Position numbers and translations under genes: made by a program
Shown here: positions 16,758-57,656 of the stretch, in pieces
Position numbering within the stretch: position 1 is the stretch's first letter
How the letters are laid out: the number at the start of each line of letters is the position of its first letter
From: the human T2T-CHM13v2.0 reference genome, Homo sapiens
NCBI RefSeq assembly: GCF_009914755.1
Contig: NC_060931.1
DNA length: 64,000 nucleotides
Reading direction: 5' to 3' (one strand)
The notes under the pieces: generated by a model
The model's database searches: none
What the model was told of the DNA's origin: nothing
The model's input: only the letters and a program-made list of their open reading frames with translations

Positions 16758-17170
16758 CCCCAGCGTGGGAAATGCCCCCAGCGTGGAGTGCCCCCAGCAT
16801 GGGAAATGCCCCCAGCGTGGGAAATGCCCCCAGCGTGGGAAATGCCCCCAGCGTGGAGTGCCCCCAGCGTGGGAAATGCCCCCAGCGTGGGAAATGCCCC
16901 CAGCGTGGAGTGCCCCCAGCGTGGGAAATGCCCCCAGCGTGGGAAATGCCCCCAGCGTGGAGTGCCCCCAGCGTGGGAAATGCCCCCAGCGTGGGAAATG
17001 CCCCCAGCGTGGAGTGCCCCCAGCGTGGGAAATGCCCCCAGCGTGGGAAATGCCCCCAGCGTGGAGTGCCCCCAGCGTGGGAAATGCCCCCAGCGTGGGA
17101 AATGCCCCCAGCGTGGAGTGCTCCCACCGTGGAGTGCTCCCAGCATGGAGTGCTCCCAGCGTGGAGTGCT
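16758..17170. repeat. Minisatellite of 18-bp (CCCCCAGCGTGGGAAATG) and 16-bp (CCCCCAGCGTGGAGTG) units with a 52-bp AAB period
   Basis: Seen directly; 13 exact CGTGGGAA. Confidence 0.97.
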
Positions 17171-17172
17171 CA

Positions 17173-17822
<650 letters not shown>

Positions 17823-17991
17823 ATGCAAGGACAGGAATGCAGCTGTGAACATTTTATTTTATTGCATTTCATGTATACGATCATTCCAGTCAAAAAATAA
17901 GTGACTTTTATAAAACCAAAATATCTTCAAAGCTACAATTTAGGCAACATCTTTATTTTCTTGAGTCATTCTTTAGTTTTAAAATAAAATT

Positions 17992-18336
<345 letters not shown>

Positions 18337-18500
18337 TCACATATGAAAGAAAATTTGCATTCACCAAATCAAAATATGACACTTTGCAATTCATACTCTG
18401 TGTCACTCTTGAATTTTAAACCCAGATACAATCTCCACGTGGTCACAGAGAATAAAGGGCTGGCGGAAGTGGGGTTCCGTGTCTGCGCTTTTACGTTGCT

Positions 18501-19918
<1,418 letters not shown>

Positions 19919-20048
19919 TAATTGTTTACTTTGAACCTATTACTCAAACCTAGGAAAATATAAGACCACAAGGTGAAAACCCAAAACAAACTGTGAGCCC
20001 AAATCATTCCAAACCTTTGTGAACTTACACACAGAATAAGCATGTGTC

Positions 20049-20050
<2 letters not shown>

Positions 20051-20090
<40 letters not shown>
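20051..20090. repeat. (TG)20 microsatellite
   Basis: Seen directly. Confidence 0.98.
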
Positions 20091-20093
<3 letters not shown>

Positions 20094-20194
20094 GGGCCTG
20101 GCATGTAACTGGGAATTCTCTGAATTAACTTCACGTCTTCTATGGTGTTTATTAAAGGCTAAGTAGTGCAAACCCACTAAGTAACAGCGTACAC

Positions 20195-20625
20195 ACTGCC
20201 TCACTTTGCTAGAGCTGCCTTTACAAAGTGCCACACACTAGGAAGCTCCAACAACAGAGACATATTGTCCCACAGCTCAGGAGGCCGGACCCCCAAAAGC
20301 AAGGCATGGGCAGGGCTGGTTCCTTCCCAAGGCTGTCAGGGAGAGTCCGTCCCTGGCTCTCTCATTTAGCTTACGATCGTTGGAGGGCAGCCTTGGGTGA
20401 TCCCTTGGCTTCTAGAAGATTCACCCGATCTCTGCCTTCATCTTTGCATGTGCATCTCTGTCTCTGTGTCCAAATGTCCCCCTTGTAATGGGGTCACTGG
20501 TCATATTAGATTAGGGGCCACCCTAATGATTTCGTCTCACCTTGATCATCTGGAAAGACCCTGTTTCCAAACAAGTTCCCGTTCACACGCACTGGCGGTT
20601 AGGACTTGAACACTCAACCCATGAC
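20195..20625 (-). mobile_element. MaLR LTR (MLT1C-like)
   Basis: GGCAGGGCTGGTTCCTTC, TCATATTAGATTAGGGGCCACCCTAATGA, AAGACCCTGTTTCCAAA. Confidence 0.75.
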
Positions 20626-20707
20626 ACCCACGCACACACGCCACCCATGTCACGTAACCACCACCCAGCCATTTAACTCTGTGTGTGTATGTGCCTGTGC
20701 ATGTACA

Positions 20708-20714
20708 ACACACA

Positions 20715-20748
<34 letters not shown>
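20708..20748. repeat. (CA)n microsatellite
   Basis: Seen directly. Confidence 0.95.
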
Positions 20749-20752
<4 letters not shown>

Positions 20753-21096
20753 TAAAATTCACCAGGGAGAGCAGCAGTTGTTTAGAGCAAAGACACCACA
20801 GCGCCCACACGTGCCTCGTTTGAGGTCCTGCAACCAGCTGGCCTGGGGAGCCGGTGACACCACCCACCCCCGTCTGCTCATGCAGCTTCCAGTGGGCTCT
20901 GTCACTTCCATCAAGAACAACACCCCAGGGCTACAGGAGCAACACCCCAGTGCCCACTGATATTCACTCTAAGGTCGTGGCATTTTTTCCGAGACCTAAA
21001 GCATTTTTAATTTCATGTTATTATTATTTTGAATGGGCTATTTCCCCCATGTTATTCTGATGGCTGTTGCTAATAGGCAGAAAAAAAAGTCTTTAG

Positions 21097-21496
<400 letters not shown>

Positions 21497-21899
21497 TCAC
21501 GCAACCACTGCCAAAATCAAGGTGCAGCTCCTCAAAAATAGCTCTCAGGTGCCGAGCCTCTGCAACCAGCCTTCCTTGAACCCCTTAGCCCGCCCTGTGC
21601 CCCTCCCAGTGCTGTTGGCTGCCCGGTCCAGCCACCCTGCGGCATCACCCAGACCCAGGACTCCTCCAGCGGGAACCTTCAGAGGTTCCTTCAGCTGGCG
21701 TCTGATTGATCCCAGTAGGTATGTGTGTCATTTTAATTGCTGAGTGGTATTCCTCGGTATGAAGGCATCACGGTTTCCTTATGCACCAGTTGAAGGCTGA
21801 GTTCCGTCTTCAGTAAATATGAACAAAACTATGAACTTGCAGGCATCGGTTTTTGTGTGAGCACAATTTTTCAGTTTTCTGGATAGATATCCATGATAT

Positions 21900-22390
21900 T
21901 GAGGCAGGAGAATAGAGAATGAAGGTAACCAGGGGTTAAGGGAGAAGCAAAAGACCAGCAGGTGCAGCCAGTTCTAGGCAAGGTGAGGCAGCACACAGGC
22001 CGCCTTTAACCTGTGATAACAAGACAGACCCCTCTACTTCAGCCCCTGATTGACTGCGGGCCGAGCCTCCACTTCAGCCTCTGATTGGTCAAAGGCCAAT
22101 CCTTCATAGGTGGGTAACCAATCGGAGACCTCTAAAGGGCACCGAGGGGGTGGTGCCAAGTTTTCTTGGCCTTATAAAAGCCCTGGGAGCCTTGCAATCA
22201 GGAGACTCTTGAGCCACATGCTGGGGCGTCTCTTGCTCCGTGAATTGTGCCTTTTCTCCTCCCCTGTCCTTTCTCTTGTCTTTCTTTGCTTCATTCTCTT
22301 GTTGCTTTGTGCGTGCATTTTGTTCCATTCTTTCTTCAACACGCCAAGACCCTGGACAACTCGCAGCCGAGACCTTCCATCCGGCCACCC
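21900..22390 (+). mobile_element. ERV1 5' LTR (MER51/MER57-like)
   Basis: Starts TGAGGCAGGAGAATAG; CCAAT boxes and TATAAAA; 3' CATTCTTTCTTCAACACGCCAAGACCCTGGACA; followed by a PBS. Confidence 0.75.
22084..22179 (+). promoter_or_regulatory. LTR core promoter motifs: ATTGG 22084, CCAAT 22096 and 22118, TATAAAA 22173
   Basis: Motifs seen directly; activity unknown. Confidence 0.5.
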
Positions 22391-22394
22391 GTGT

Positions 22395-22418
22395 TGGCGA
22401 GCAGGCCGGGAGGTAAGC
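22395..22418 (+). other. tRNA-Arg primer-binding site followed by splice donor GAG|GTAAGC
   Basis: TGGCGAGCAGGCCGGGAG matches 15 of 18 bases of TGGCGAGCCAGCCAGGAG, the complement of the tRNA-Arg(ACG) 3' end. Confidence 0.7.
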
Positions 22419-23776
22419 CCGAATTTGGGGATGTGTTTTTTTCTTCTTTCTTTGTCGAAGCTGTCATCTGTGGGCGCGGGTTGAGCAGTGAAAAGCCACC
22501 AGGGCACCCGCCGCTTGAAGTCTCCGGTGACACGATAACTCGGTCAGGGAACGGGTCGTTCAGGTCCTGCCGAGCACAAGACACGTCCGCGCAACAGCCA
22601 GGGCGATGTTTGTGCTGCAGAATGTCTTTGCGGAGCCGAGAGCCCCCGTTCCGGTCGGTGTCTGTGTCCCTGTGCCGGAGGCGGTGGTGTGGAGTTACGT
22701 TTTTAGGGTCCTCTTCTGAGAGCGGGACAGGGGCCCCCCGTTTTATGTGTGAGTCTTTCTGCGTGAGAACCCGGAATTCTTCATGGTTCCGAGGGACGGA
22801 TCCCTGACTTTGCTGTTAATAGTGTTAAGGTCTGTGGTGAGGTCCCGTGTCTCACGAGGGTTACCGGCTGAAGAAGCTTATTTCACTTGGGACGCAAATA
22901 GCTAAGCATTGCATCCCGGGACTAGGGGAATCACAGTAAATCAATCCATCGCCTACGGGGGACGCCTCCAAACCAGCGCCAGGGCCCACCCTGGGGTTCG
23001 GGATGTCTGACACCCTAAGGCTGGGGACGTCGCCTGACCCCCTGAGGTCAGAAACGTCTGCAATATGCAGGCCCTCCCTAGGCCAGACCACTATGGGAAA
23101 CACCTTCCAGAATCCTGCAATCTGTAAAGCTTCTAAGACGGGCCCTCAAAAAAAAGTCCTGAGGCCGGGCGCGATGGCTCACACCTGTAATCCCAACACT
23201 TTGGGAGGCAGAGGCAGGTGATCACTTGAGGTCAGGGATTCAAGACCAGCTTGGCCAACATGGTGAAACCCCGTCTCTACTAAAAATACAAAAATTTAGC
23301 CAGGTGTTTGATGGCTCAAGCCTGTAATCCCGGCTACTCAGGAGGCTGAGGCCAGAGAATCACTTGAATTCGGGAGGTGGAGTTGCAGTGAGCCTAGATC
23401 GCGCCACTGCACTCCAGCCTGGGCAACTCGGTCTAAAGAGACTGAGTTTTAGACCTGAGACTTGTTCTTAAAAAAAAAAAAAAAAATCCTAAGACTGAGC
23501 TGGATGTTGTGGATGACCCCCTCTTACAAGGGCCACTTGTCTCTTGTCAAATCCTCCTCAGCCCCCCACATCCCCAGAGCGGATCACCCTCTTCCGCAGG
23601 TCCCATGGCACCGTCCCTCTCGGGAGGAGTGGGGTCCAGTCCAGTGCAAGTCTCATTTCCCACAACTGATACCCAACAATGTCAGGGAAAGTGGGGAAGG
23701 TACTCGGAGGACCCTGGCAGGTTTGTGGACAGGTTCCAAACCTTGGCTCACAGCTAACACCTTCCAGCCAGTAACA
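22419..23776 (+). pseudogene. ERV1 internal relic: leader and gag fragments, interrupted by AluS 23163-23486
   Basis: MGNT start near 23092; capsid-like VQVSFPTTDTQQCQGKWGRYSEDPGRFVDRFQTL at ~23635-23745. Confidence 0.7.
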
Positions 23777-24053
23777 ATGGGATTGCTAGCTCAGAAGGTC
23801 ACTGTAGGTCTGAGAAACTGTGAAACTGTTTTCCAGAGTGGCCGTGCATGGGACGTTTCCTCCCGCCACCAAAAATGATTCTGTTTGCTCTAAATACTCA
23901 CCAGCATTTCATGTTGCCCAAATTCTTTATGTAACCATTCTTTATTATCATTATTATTTTTAGAAACAGGGTACTCTGTGGCCCAGACTGGAGTGTGGTG
24001 GTTCAATCCCAGCTCACTACAGCCTCCAACCGCTGTTTGTTGCTAGTCTATAG

Positions 24054-24372
<319 letters not shown>

Positions 24373-24575
24373 AATTTTTGTATATTGACCTTATTTCCCA
24401 TGACCTTGCTAAACTCATTTATTAGCTGGAGGAACATTTTTGGAGATTCTATGGGATTTTGTTTGTTTTAATTCAATTTGACAATCACTCTCTTTCAACT
24501 GGTGTACTTAAACTATTTACATTTGCTTTTTTTTTAGTTTTAAATTTTAAAAATAATTTTATTAAAAAAATTTTA

Positions 24576-28001
<3,426 letters not shown>

Positions 28002-29290
28002 TTATATTTAATGTGATTATGAATATGGCTGAATTTAGAGCCTCCATTTTGTTTTTGTCATATCTGTTTTAAATTCATCTGTTGGATTATTTGAGTATTT
28101 TTTGTTTTCCACTGTATATATCTATTGGCTTTTTTGCTATATCTTCTTGTATTTTTTAATGGTTGCATTAAAGATTATAGTGTATATGGTGCAACTTTTC
28201 ACGGTCTACATAGAGTAAATATTTTACCACTTCAGCTACATTTCGTAAGTGGAGAATTCTCTCCACCTTTATGTTAAGACTGTCATACATATTTATGTCT
28301 GCATACATTGAAAACCACCCAGGTAAATGTTACATTTTTTGCTATCAATAGTTATATGTATTCTAAAGAACTTAAGAAGAAACACTCTGTTATATTTACC
28401 CTGATATTTGTGTTTCTACTGGTTTTCCTTTATTCCTAAGTTCCAGTTTCCCTCTAGCATTACTTCCTTTCAGTCTGAAGAATTTCCTTTAGAATTTCAT
28501 TAAAAGAAGGTCCACTGATAACAAATTCTCTTAATTTTCCTTCCTCTGAAAATATCTTCATTTCCCCTTCATTCCTGAAAGATATTTTTGCTGGACATAG
28601 AATTGTAGGTTGACAGTTCTTTAGGCACCTTAAGTATGTTGATTTTCTGTGTTTTCTGAGGATAAACCCAAAGTTACATGAGGTATTGTTTTTCCCACGG
28701 TTATCACGTCCTCCAGCTGCCCTCAAGGCTTCTTTATCTTTCTTTTTCAGCATTTTGATAATGATGTGCCTGGGCATTGTTTTCTTTGTGTTTATCCTAT
28801 TTGGAATTTGCCGAGTTCTTGAATCGGCAAATTTATGTTTTCTACCAAATTTGGAAAAGTATGGCCACAATGTCTTCAAATATAATTTCCTGCTCCAATT
28901 ACTTCTCTCCTTTTGGGATTTCAATGACAGGAACAATCGAGCTTATCGTTCCACAGGTTCCTGAGATTCTATTCCTTTTCCACCCAATCTTTTATACTCT
29001 CTGTTCTTCAGAGTGGACCGTTTATAGTGACCTGTCTTCAGGTTTCCCAAAGCCTCCTCTTTTCATCTCCATTCTAATATTGAGCCCATCCTATGAATTT
29101 TTTATTTTGGATAATGTGTTTTTTTTTTTTTTCAATTCTAAAATTTCCATTTAATTCTAGTTTCTCTCTCTCTGCAGAGAAATTCTATCCTTCCATTCAC
29201 TTCCAGATTGTTCATCTTAACCTCATGAATTAAAAAAAGTTACCTGGGTTATTCTGGGACTGCTGTCTGTTGATTGTCTTTTTTCCTTAA
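28002..29290 (-). mobile_element. Old L1 ORF1 region
   Basis: ORF 28460-28936 gives PRHIIIKMLK and CQPTILCPAKISFRNEGEMKIF..KLREF, the L1 ORF1p C-terminal domain. Confidence 0.85.
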
Positions 29291-29859
29291 GTATTGAAAA
29301 ACTTTCCTTTTACTTTTTTCTTTTCTTTCTTTCTTTCTTTTTTTTTGAGACAGGGTCTCACTCTTAATTTTTTTGTATTTTTAGTAGAGACGGGGTTTCA
29401 CCATGTTAGCCAGGATGGTCTCGATCTCATGACCTCGTGATCCGCCTGCCTTGGCCTCCCAAAGTGCTGGGATTACAGGTGTGATGCACCGCGCCCAGCC
29501 CAGAATACACATTTTTAAGCTGACTGCTTTATTGGGCTCTTATGAATTCTAATACTTTTTTTTTTTAAAGAAAGCTATTTGACATACAATAACATATAAA
29601 AATAGATATAAAAATCAGGGAGTTTAGGAACAGAACAAGTACCCGGGAACCTGTTATGCGCCTTGTACCATTCTTTTATCCCATGCTCTGGACCCCAGAG
29701 GTGACCACTAGTCTGAATTAATTTTTATTATCATGATATTGCTTTTCCTTATAATTATTCTAATGATACTACTTTTAGGTACATCCATAAATAGTGTTTA
29801 CTTGTTAATTTTAATTATACATAAAAATGGTGTCGGTGTATGTATTCTGTTTTTTTGCA

Positions 29860-30178
<319 letters not shown>

Positions 30179-30179
30179 C

Positions 30180-31630
<1,451 letters not shown>

Positions 31631-31752
31631 TTCCAGAAGTCATCGCTGCTATACCATGTGGCTGAGGTTTGGGGTTAAGGAAGTTGTCTTCCCTTTGCTA
31701 TGCATTTTTATTATGGATACATAGATATTATGTTTTTTTAAATGTTTTTCCT

Positions 31753-32589
<837 letters not shown>

Positions 32590-32608
32590 TTATGACCAAA
32601 TGTATACA

Positions 32609-34853
<2,245 letters not shown>

Positions 34854-34868
34854 TACATATAACACTAT

Positions 34869-35638
<770 letters not shown>

Positions 35639-35639
35639 C

Positions 35640-39200
<3,561 letters not shown>

Positions 39201-39210
39201 AGTCTGCCAA

Positions 39211-39541
39211 TTTTTTCTTTTTCTTTTTCTTTTTCTTTTTTTTTTTTTTTTTTTTTTCGAGACAGAGTCTCACTCTGTTGCCCAGGCTGGAGTGCAGTGG
39301 CTCAATCTCAGCTCAATCTCAACCTCCATCTCCCGGGTTCAAGTGATTCTCCTGCCTCAACCTTCGAAGTAGCTGGGATTACAGGTATGTGCCACCATGT
39401 CTGGCTAATTTTTATATTTTTAGTAGTGACAACGTTTTGCCATGTTGGCCAGGCTGATCTCTACCTCCTGATCTCAGGTGATCCACCTGCCTCGACTTCC
39501 CAAAGTGCTGGGATTACAGGTGTGAGCCACTGTACCCGGCC
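39211..39541 (-). mobile_element. AluS
   Basis: Antisense Alu. Confidence 0.93.
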
Positions 39542-39989
39542 CCAATTTTCTAATTCTCTGTTTAGCTGTATTTATCTGCTGTCTAATCTTCCCAGTGATT
39601 TAAGATTTATTCATGACTATATTTGTTTTACTTTGTTTCTTTCCTAGTTTTTAAATTCTCTTACTATGTTTTCATTTCCCTATTTCAGGTCTTTAAAAAT
39701 ATTAAACGTTGTGTTTTATATGCTGTTTTCATTAAGACCAATATCCCAGGTCTTTCTGGGCCAAGTTCTATTTGTTATTTGGGCTGATCTTTTACATGGT
39801 GTCTTGCTTTCTGGTAGTTTTTTTATTAAAATCATATTATTGTACATATTATATGTAAATATATATTTGAACTTGACCTTGGACATTCTCTAAGGCCTGG
39901 GTTGAGGCATATTCCTCCAGAGGAAAATGTGTTTGTTTTGGGCAGGTTCCTGAGGCACTACAAATCCACATTAAATTACAATTCTCAGT

Positions 39990-40288
<299 letters not shown>

Positions 40289-40789
40289 TTAATTACAATT
40301 CTCACCTTGTCATTTTGGGGTCATGCAAAGAGCAGAAGATTTAGGAGCCAAGCCCGTGGCAGGGCTGGTCAGTGCTGCACATTCTCTCGGGATTTAAGAA
40401 ATAAACTTGCCTGGTACTAAGGTTAAGACAGTTTCCCTGCCGACTAAGGCTCAGGATGTTTCCTAGTTCGCCTTTTCCTGAAGGGGGCAGCCATTCCAGA
40501 ATGCTGGCTTCAGGCTGGGTGCTCTCTGACCCCTTCCCAGTGTGGTCCCCAGGCTTGGTGCCCCGTCCCTCTTAGGACAGAGTCGCCGTGTCAGAGCCAC
40601 CTTCGCTCCCCGAGTATCTGCTGGCTTCAGCCCCTCTCCTGCCTCTTGGACTCTGGCTGTCATTTTGTCCATGGACTCCCAGAATTTCTTTTGGTTGCTT
40701 GCAGGTTCATTCTGGCAATGTAATTTAGGTGTTTTGCAGGGAGTAATTGCAGGGTCTCTAGTCCAGAGCTCTCAACCTTAGCTTATATC

Positions 40790-40945
40790 CGAGTCCTTGT
40801 TAGCAGAGCTTGTTAGCAGAGGTTCCCAGCACCCCCTCCAGAGTTTTGGACCAAGACAGGCTGGGGCAGGCCTGAGAATCTGCATGTCTCAGGAGCTCTC
40901 GGGTGATGCTGGTACTGCCGGTGCATGGGCCACACGTTGGGGGCA
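40790..40945. mobile_element. MER5A-like hAT fragment
   Basis: GGCCTGAGAATCTGCAT..GGTGATGCTGGTACTGCCGGT..CCACAC. Confidence 0.6.
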
Positions 40946-41080
40946 TCTGCCCCTTTTTCCTCTACAGCACCTGGCGGGCACAGGCGCTCTCATCAGGCAC
41001 GGAGGAGCGCCACATTGGGGGTGTTCAATTAATCTGGTGTATCTGCCTCGAAAGCCACCTTCACAGTGACTCAGATTTTA

Positions 41081-41416
<336 letters not shown>

Positions 41417-42259
41417 ACACATAGCGTACTTGCCATCAGACTGTTAATATTAGTTACAAAGAATCAACTTAGAGTTTCTACGTGTCACTAATAAACTATT
41501 ATTCACATAAATTCTGTTTTTATGTATTGCTTCCTCCTGCTTTCTTGACATGTGTCTTGATGTCTTTAACCCACTAGCTTCATTTCTGCTTGTTAAATAA
41601 TGAAAACATTTAATCCTATGTATTTTTTTTTCATAGTCTTAGCTGGATCTAAGTTTAAACAGCGATTATTTTCTCCATCGTTACAGAGTTTAAGTGCAGT
41701 TTTTATTTCCTCTTTGACCCAAGACTCATTTAGCAGAATGCTTTACACGTGCAACTGAATCATAAAATGCTTCTTAATTTCAAGTTATAATGCATTGCTG
41801 TTTGAGAAAATGCTCCACTCAATTTTTTTTTTTTGCATCTCAATGTATTGTCAGTCTTTCTGTCACATAGACACTCAAAAGTTATATTCTCTGCTTGAAT
41901 AAAAAATAATTTGAACATATATTTATCTCTTAAGTATATCTCTTTTACAACATTTAGATTTTCTCCGATTTTTCCCTCCTTGAGCGAGCCTTATGATTCT
42001 CCAGAATCCTGCCTGGAGAGTTCACAGACCATGACACAGGGAGGGGGACCCCGGCTGAGCTGCTGGACTCACAGAGCTGAGGAAATGGAGCTGAGGGTCC
42101 AGGGAGATAAGGACGGATGGAGAGAACAAAGCAGAATCCTGGGGAGGAGGGAGCTGCAGAGAGAGCTGGAGCTTTGTAGAGGCTCCTCCTCACCCACTCC
42201 GGAAAGCGATTCGTGGACTTTAATGCACCTAACAGCAGAGTTTCAAAATACACTAAGCT

Positions 42260-45850
<3,591 letters not shown>

Positions 45851-45859
45851 AACAGATTG

Positions 45860-48310
<2,451 letters not shown>

Positions 48311-48314
48311 CTAT

Positions 48315-49470
48315 GGGTTCTATAATACTAAGCAATGTATTCTCAGCTCCTAATTCACCTTCAATGCCTGATCTTTGAAATTGGTTATTTTTCCTTTACA
48401 GTTGGCAAAACATTCATCAGTAGAGGGCACTGGAGAGACATGGCAGGAAGAGGGGTCTTGATTCTTGTGGCTTATTCACCATTATCCTGAAGAGCACTGT
48501 TTTCCCCCTGACTGCTTCTGGTTTTCTGTGGTGCTAGATGCCACAGGATTCAACTTTCTCCAGAGTATGGCTCCATGTGTTTTTTCCATATCTCAACCTG
48601 TGCAGATCTCAACCTGTTCCCACCTGGTATAGGTAGGAATCTGAGACAGTCTGGTCACAGCTTCTTGCCAAGTCCTCATCTCCAGGAGCATGCACAATGG
48701 GGATGCCATGGGGGTGGTCATCTATTGAGCTGGCCATTCAAATTTCATCCACACAGACACCCAGAGCTGCCTCAGCTCTCCACATCCTCTTCTCAGCCCC
48801 AAACACATGCATGTTGGGGTCCTGGCAGGGCTGGCTCACTGGGTGGCCAGTCCCTCAACCTGCATCCCCGACATTGGCCCAGAGTGATGCTGGTCCGAGC
48901 CATACACAGAGGTGTGCTAGGTTACACACATGAGGAAGCCTCTCTGCATGAAGAAGCCTCTCTAGCTCCCAGTTCCAGCAGAGCCTGCATAGAAACTTGT
49001 CCCACCACCCTTACACCTGACTCCTTTGGCCTGCCTCCATCATCCACAGCTTACCTGTATTTTCTTCAGCCCTCCAAATGCAGACATCATGAGTTCTAGG
49101 ACTCTTTCCGACAGTGTCACTGAATACTTCTTTATGCCTGACATCCTCTGCACACCTGTTTGCTAGTGTTAGCTCACATGCTCCCCAGAGGGCTGTTCCT
49201 GCTTTCCCAGTGACCATGGACCAGCTCTTGCTCAGGCAACCCAGAAAACATCTCCACCTTCCAGTAGCTGCAACCACACCCTTTTCAATGAGGCCTGAAT
49301 CTCCCCGCTGCCCCCAGTCTGTCTTTGCTCTCCTCAATGAAGAGTGTCCTTAGAGTTCTCTTTCCATTTTTATACTCTTCTATCCTAGCTTGATAATTTC
49401 TAAATATTAAACCTCTCCTGTTTAAATTGCTGTGTGATTTCTGTCTGATGATTGGATCCAGATTGGAACT
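48315..49470 (+). mobile_element. ERVL-type LTR (MER73/MER74-like, uncertain)
   Basis: GC-richer block inserted into L1; CAGTAGAGGGCACTGGAG near 5' end; ATTAAA..GATTTCTGTCT..ATTGGA at 3' end. Confidence 0.45.
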
Positions 49471-55726
<6,256 letters not shown>

Positions 55727-56065
55727 TCATTCAGCTTCATAAACAGGCTCACAAAATCATTTTGGCTTGGTTCTGTGTAAACTGTTTAAGGTTCTGTGTC
55801 CATTTCCTGCCTCCAAGGGGCACATCTGTCCTGCCCACACCTTTCAGTTTCCTCAAATCCCTGCCTTGTCCCCCACTCTCACGTCACCATGTTTACCTTG
55901 CACAGACGGCATCTTTCAGCAGCAGTTTTCTTGGTCACTTAAAGTTTTTCCGATCACTCATCCCTAAACTAGAAACCGGGCTTCAGGAGCCCCTTGGTGG
56001 CTTGAACAGAGGAGATGGCCAGTGGCTGGTGTGGGGACAGCCCAGGAGAATGACTTGTTTTGTGA

Positions 56066-56991
<926 letters not shown>

Positions 56992-56996
56992 CAAAC

Positions 56997-57656
56997 TGTT
57001 ACCGGAGAGGGGTCCCGATCCAGACCCCAAGAGGGGGTTCTTGGACCTCACACAGGAATTCAGGACGAGTCCATAGCGTCACATGAAAGCAAGTTTATTA
57101 GTGAAGTCAAGAAACAAAAGGGTAACCACTCCATAGGCAGAGCTGCCGGGGCCGCCGGCTGGCTATTTTTATGGTAATTTATTGAACATATGCAAAACAA
57201 GGGGTGGATTATTCATGAGCTTTCTAGGAAAGGGGGCGGAGAGTTCTTGGAACTGAGGGTTCCTCTCCTTTTTAGACCATAGAGGGGAACTTCCAGGCGT
57301 CCGCATGGCATCTGTAAACTGTGGTGGCGCTGGTGGGAGTGTCTCTTAGCATGCCACTGTATTATAATTAGCACATAATGAGCATCGAGGATGACCAGAG
57401 GTCATGTCCGTCGCATCTTGTCAATAATGACCAGAGGTCACGTCCGTCGCCATCTTGGTTTTGGTGGACTTTGGCCAGCTTCTTAGCCACGTCCTGTTTT
57501 ATCAGCGGGGTCTCTGTGTCCTGTGTCTTGGGACCCCCTGTGTCATTCTGTGACGAGGAACACCCAGCCTCCTGGGCTGCAGCCGCGCAGGTCTCAGCCC
57601 CATTTTTCCCAGCCCCTGTTCAAGATGGAGTTGGTCTGGCTGGAAGGCCTCTGACG
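56997..57656 (-). mobile_element. MER41B-like solo LTR
   Basis: GGGGTCCCGATCCAGACCCCAAGAG..TTCTTGGA and CCCAGCCCCTGTTCAAGATGGAGTTG..GCCTCTGAC match reverse MER41B. Confidence 0.85.

Noticed and set aside
28460-28936. 158-aa ORF similar to L1 ORF1p, a possible domesticated gene
   Set aside because: Only patches are in frame; it lies within a decayed L1 and has no promoter or splice support
48575-49099. 174-aa ORF
   Set aside because: Lies inside an LTR-like block and has no domain similarity
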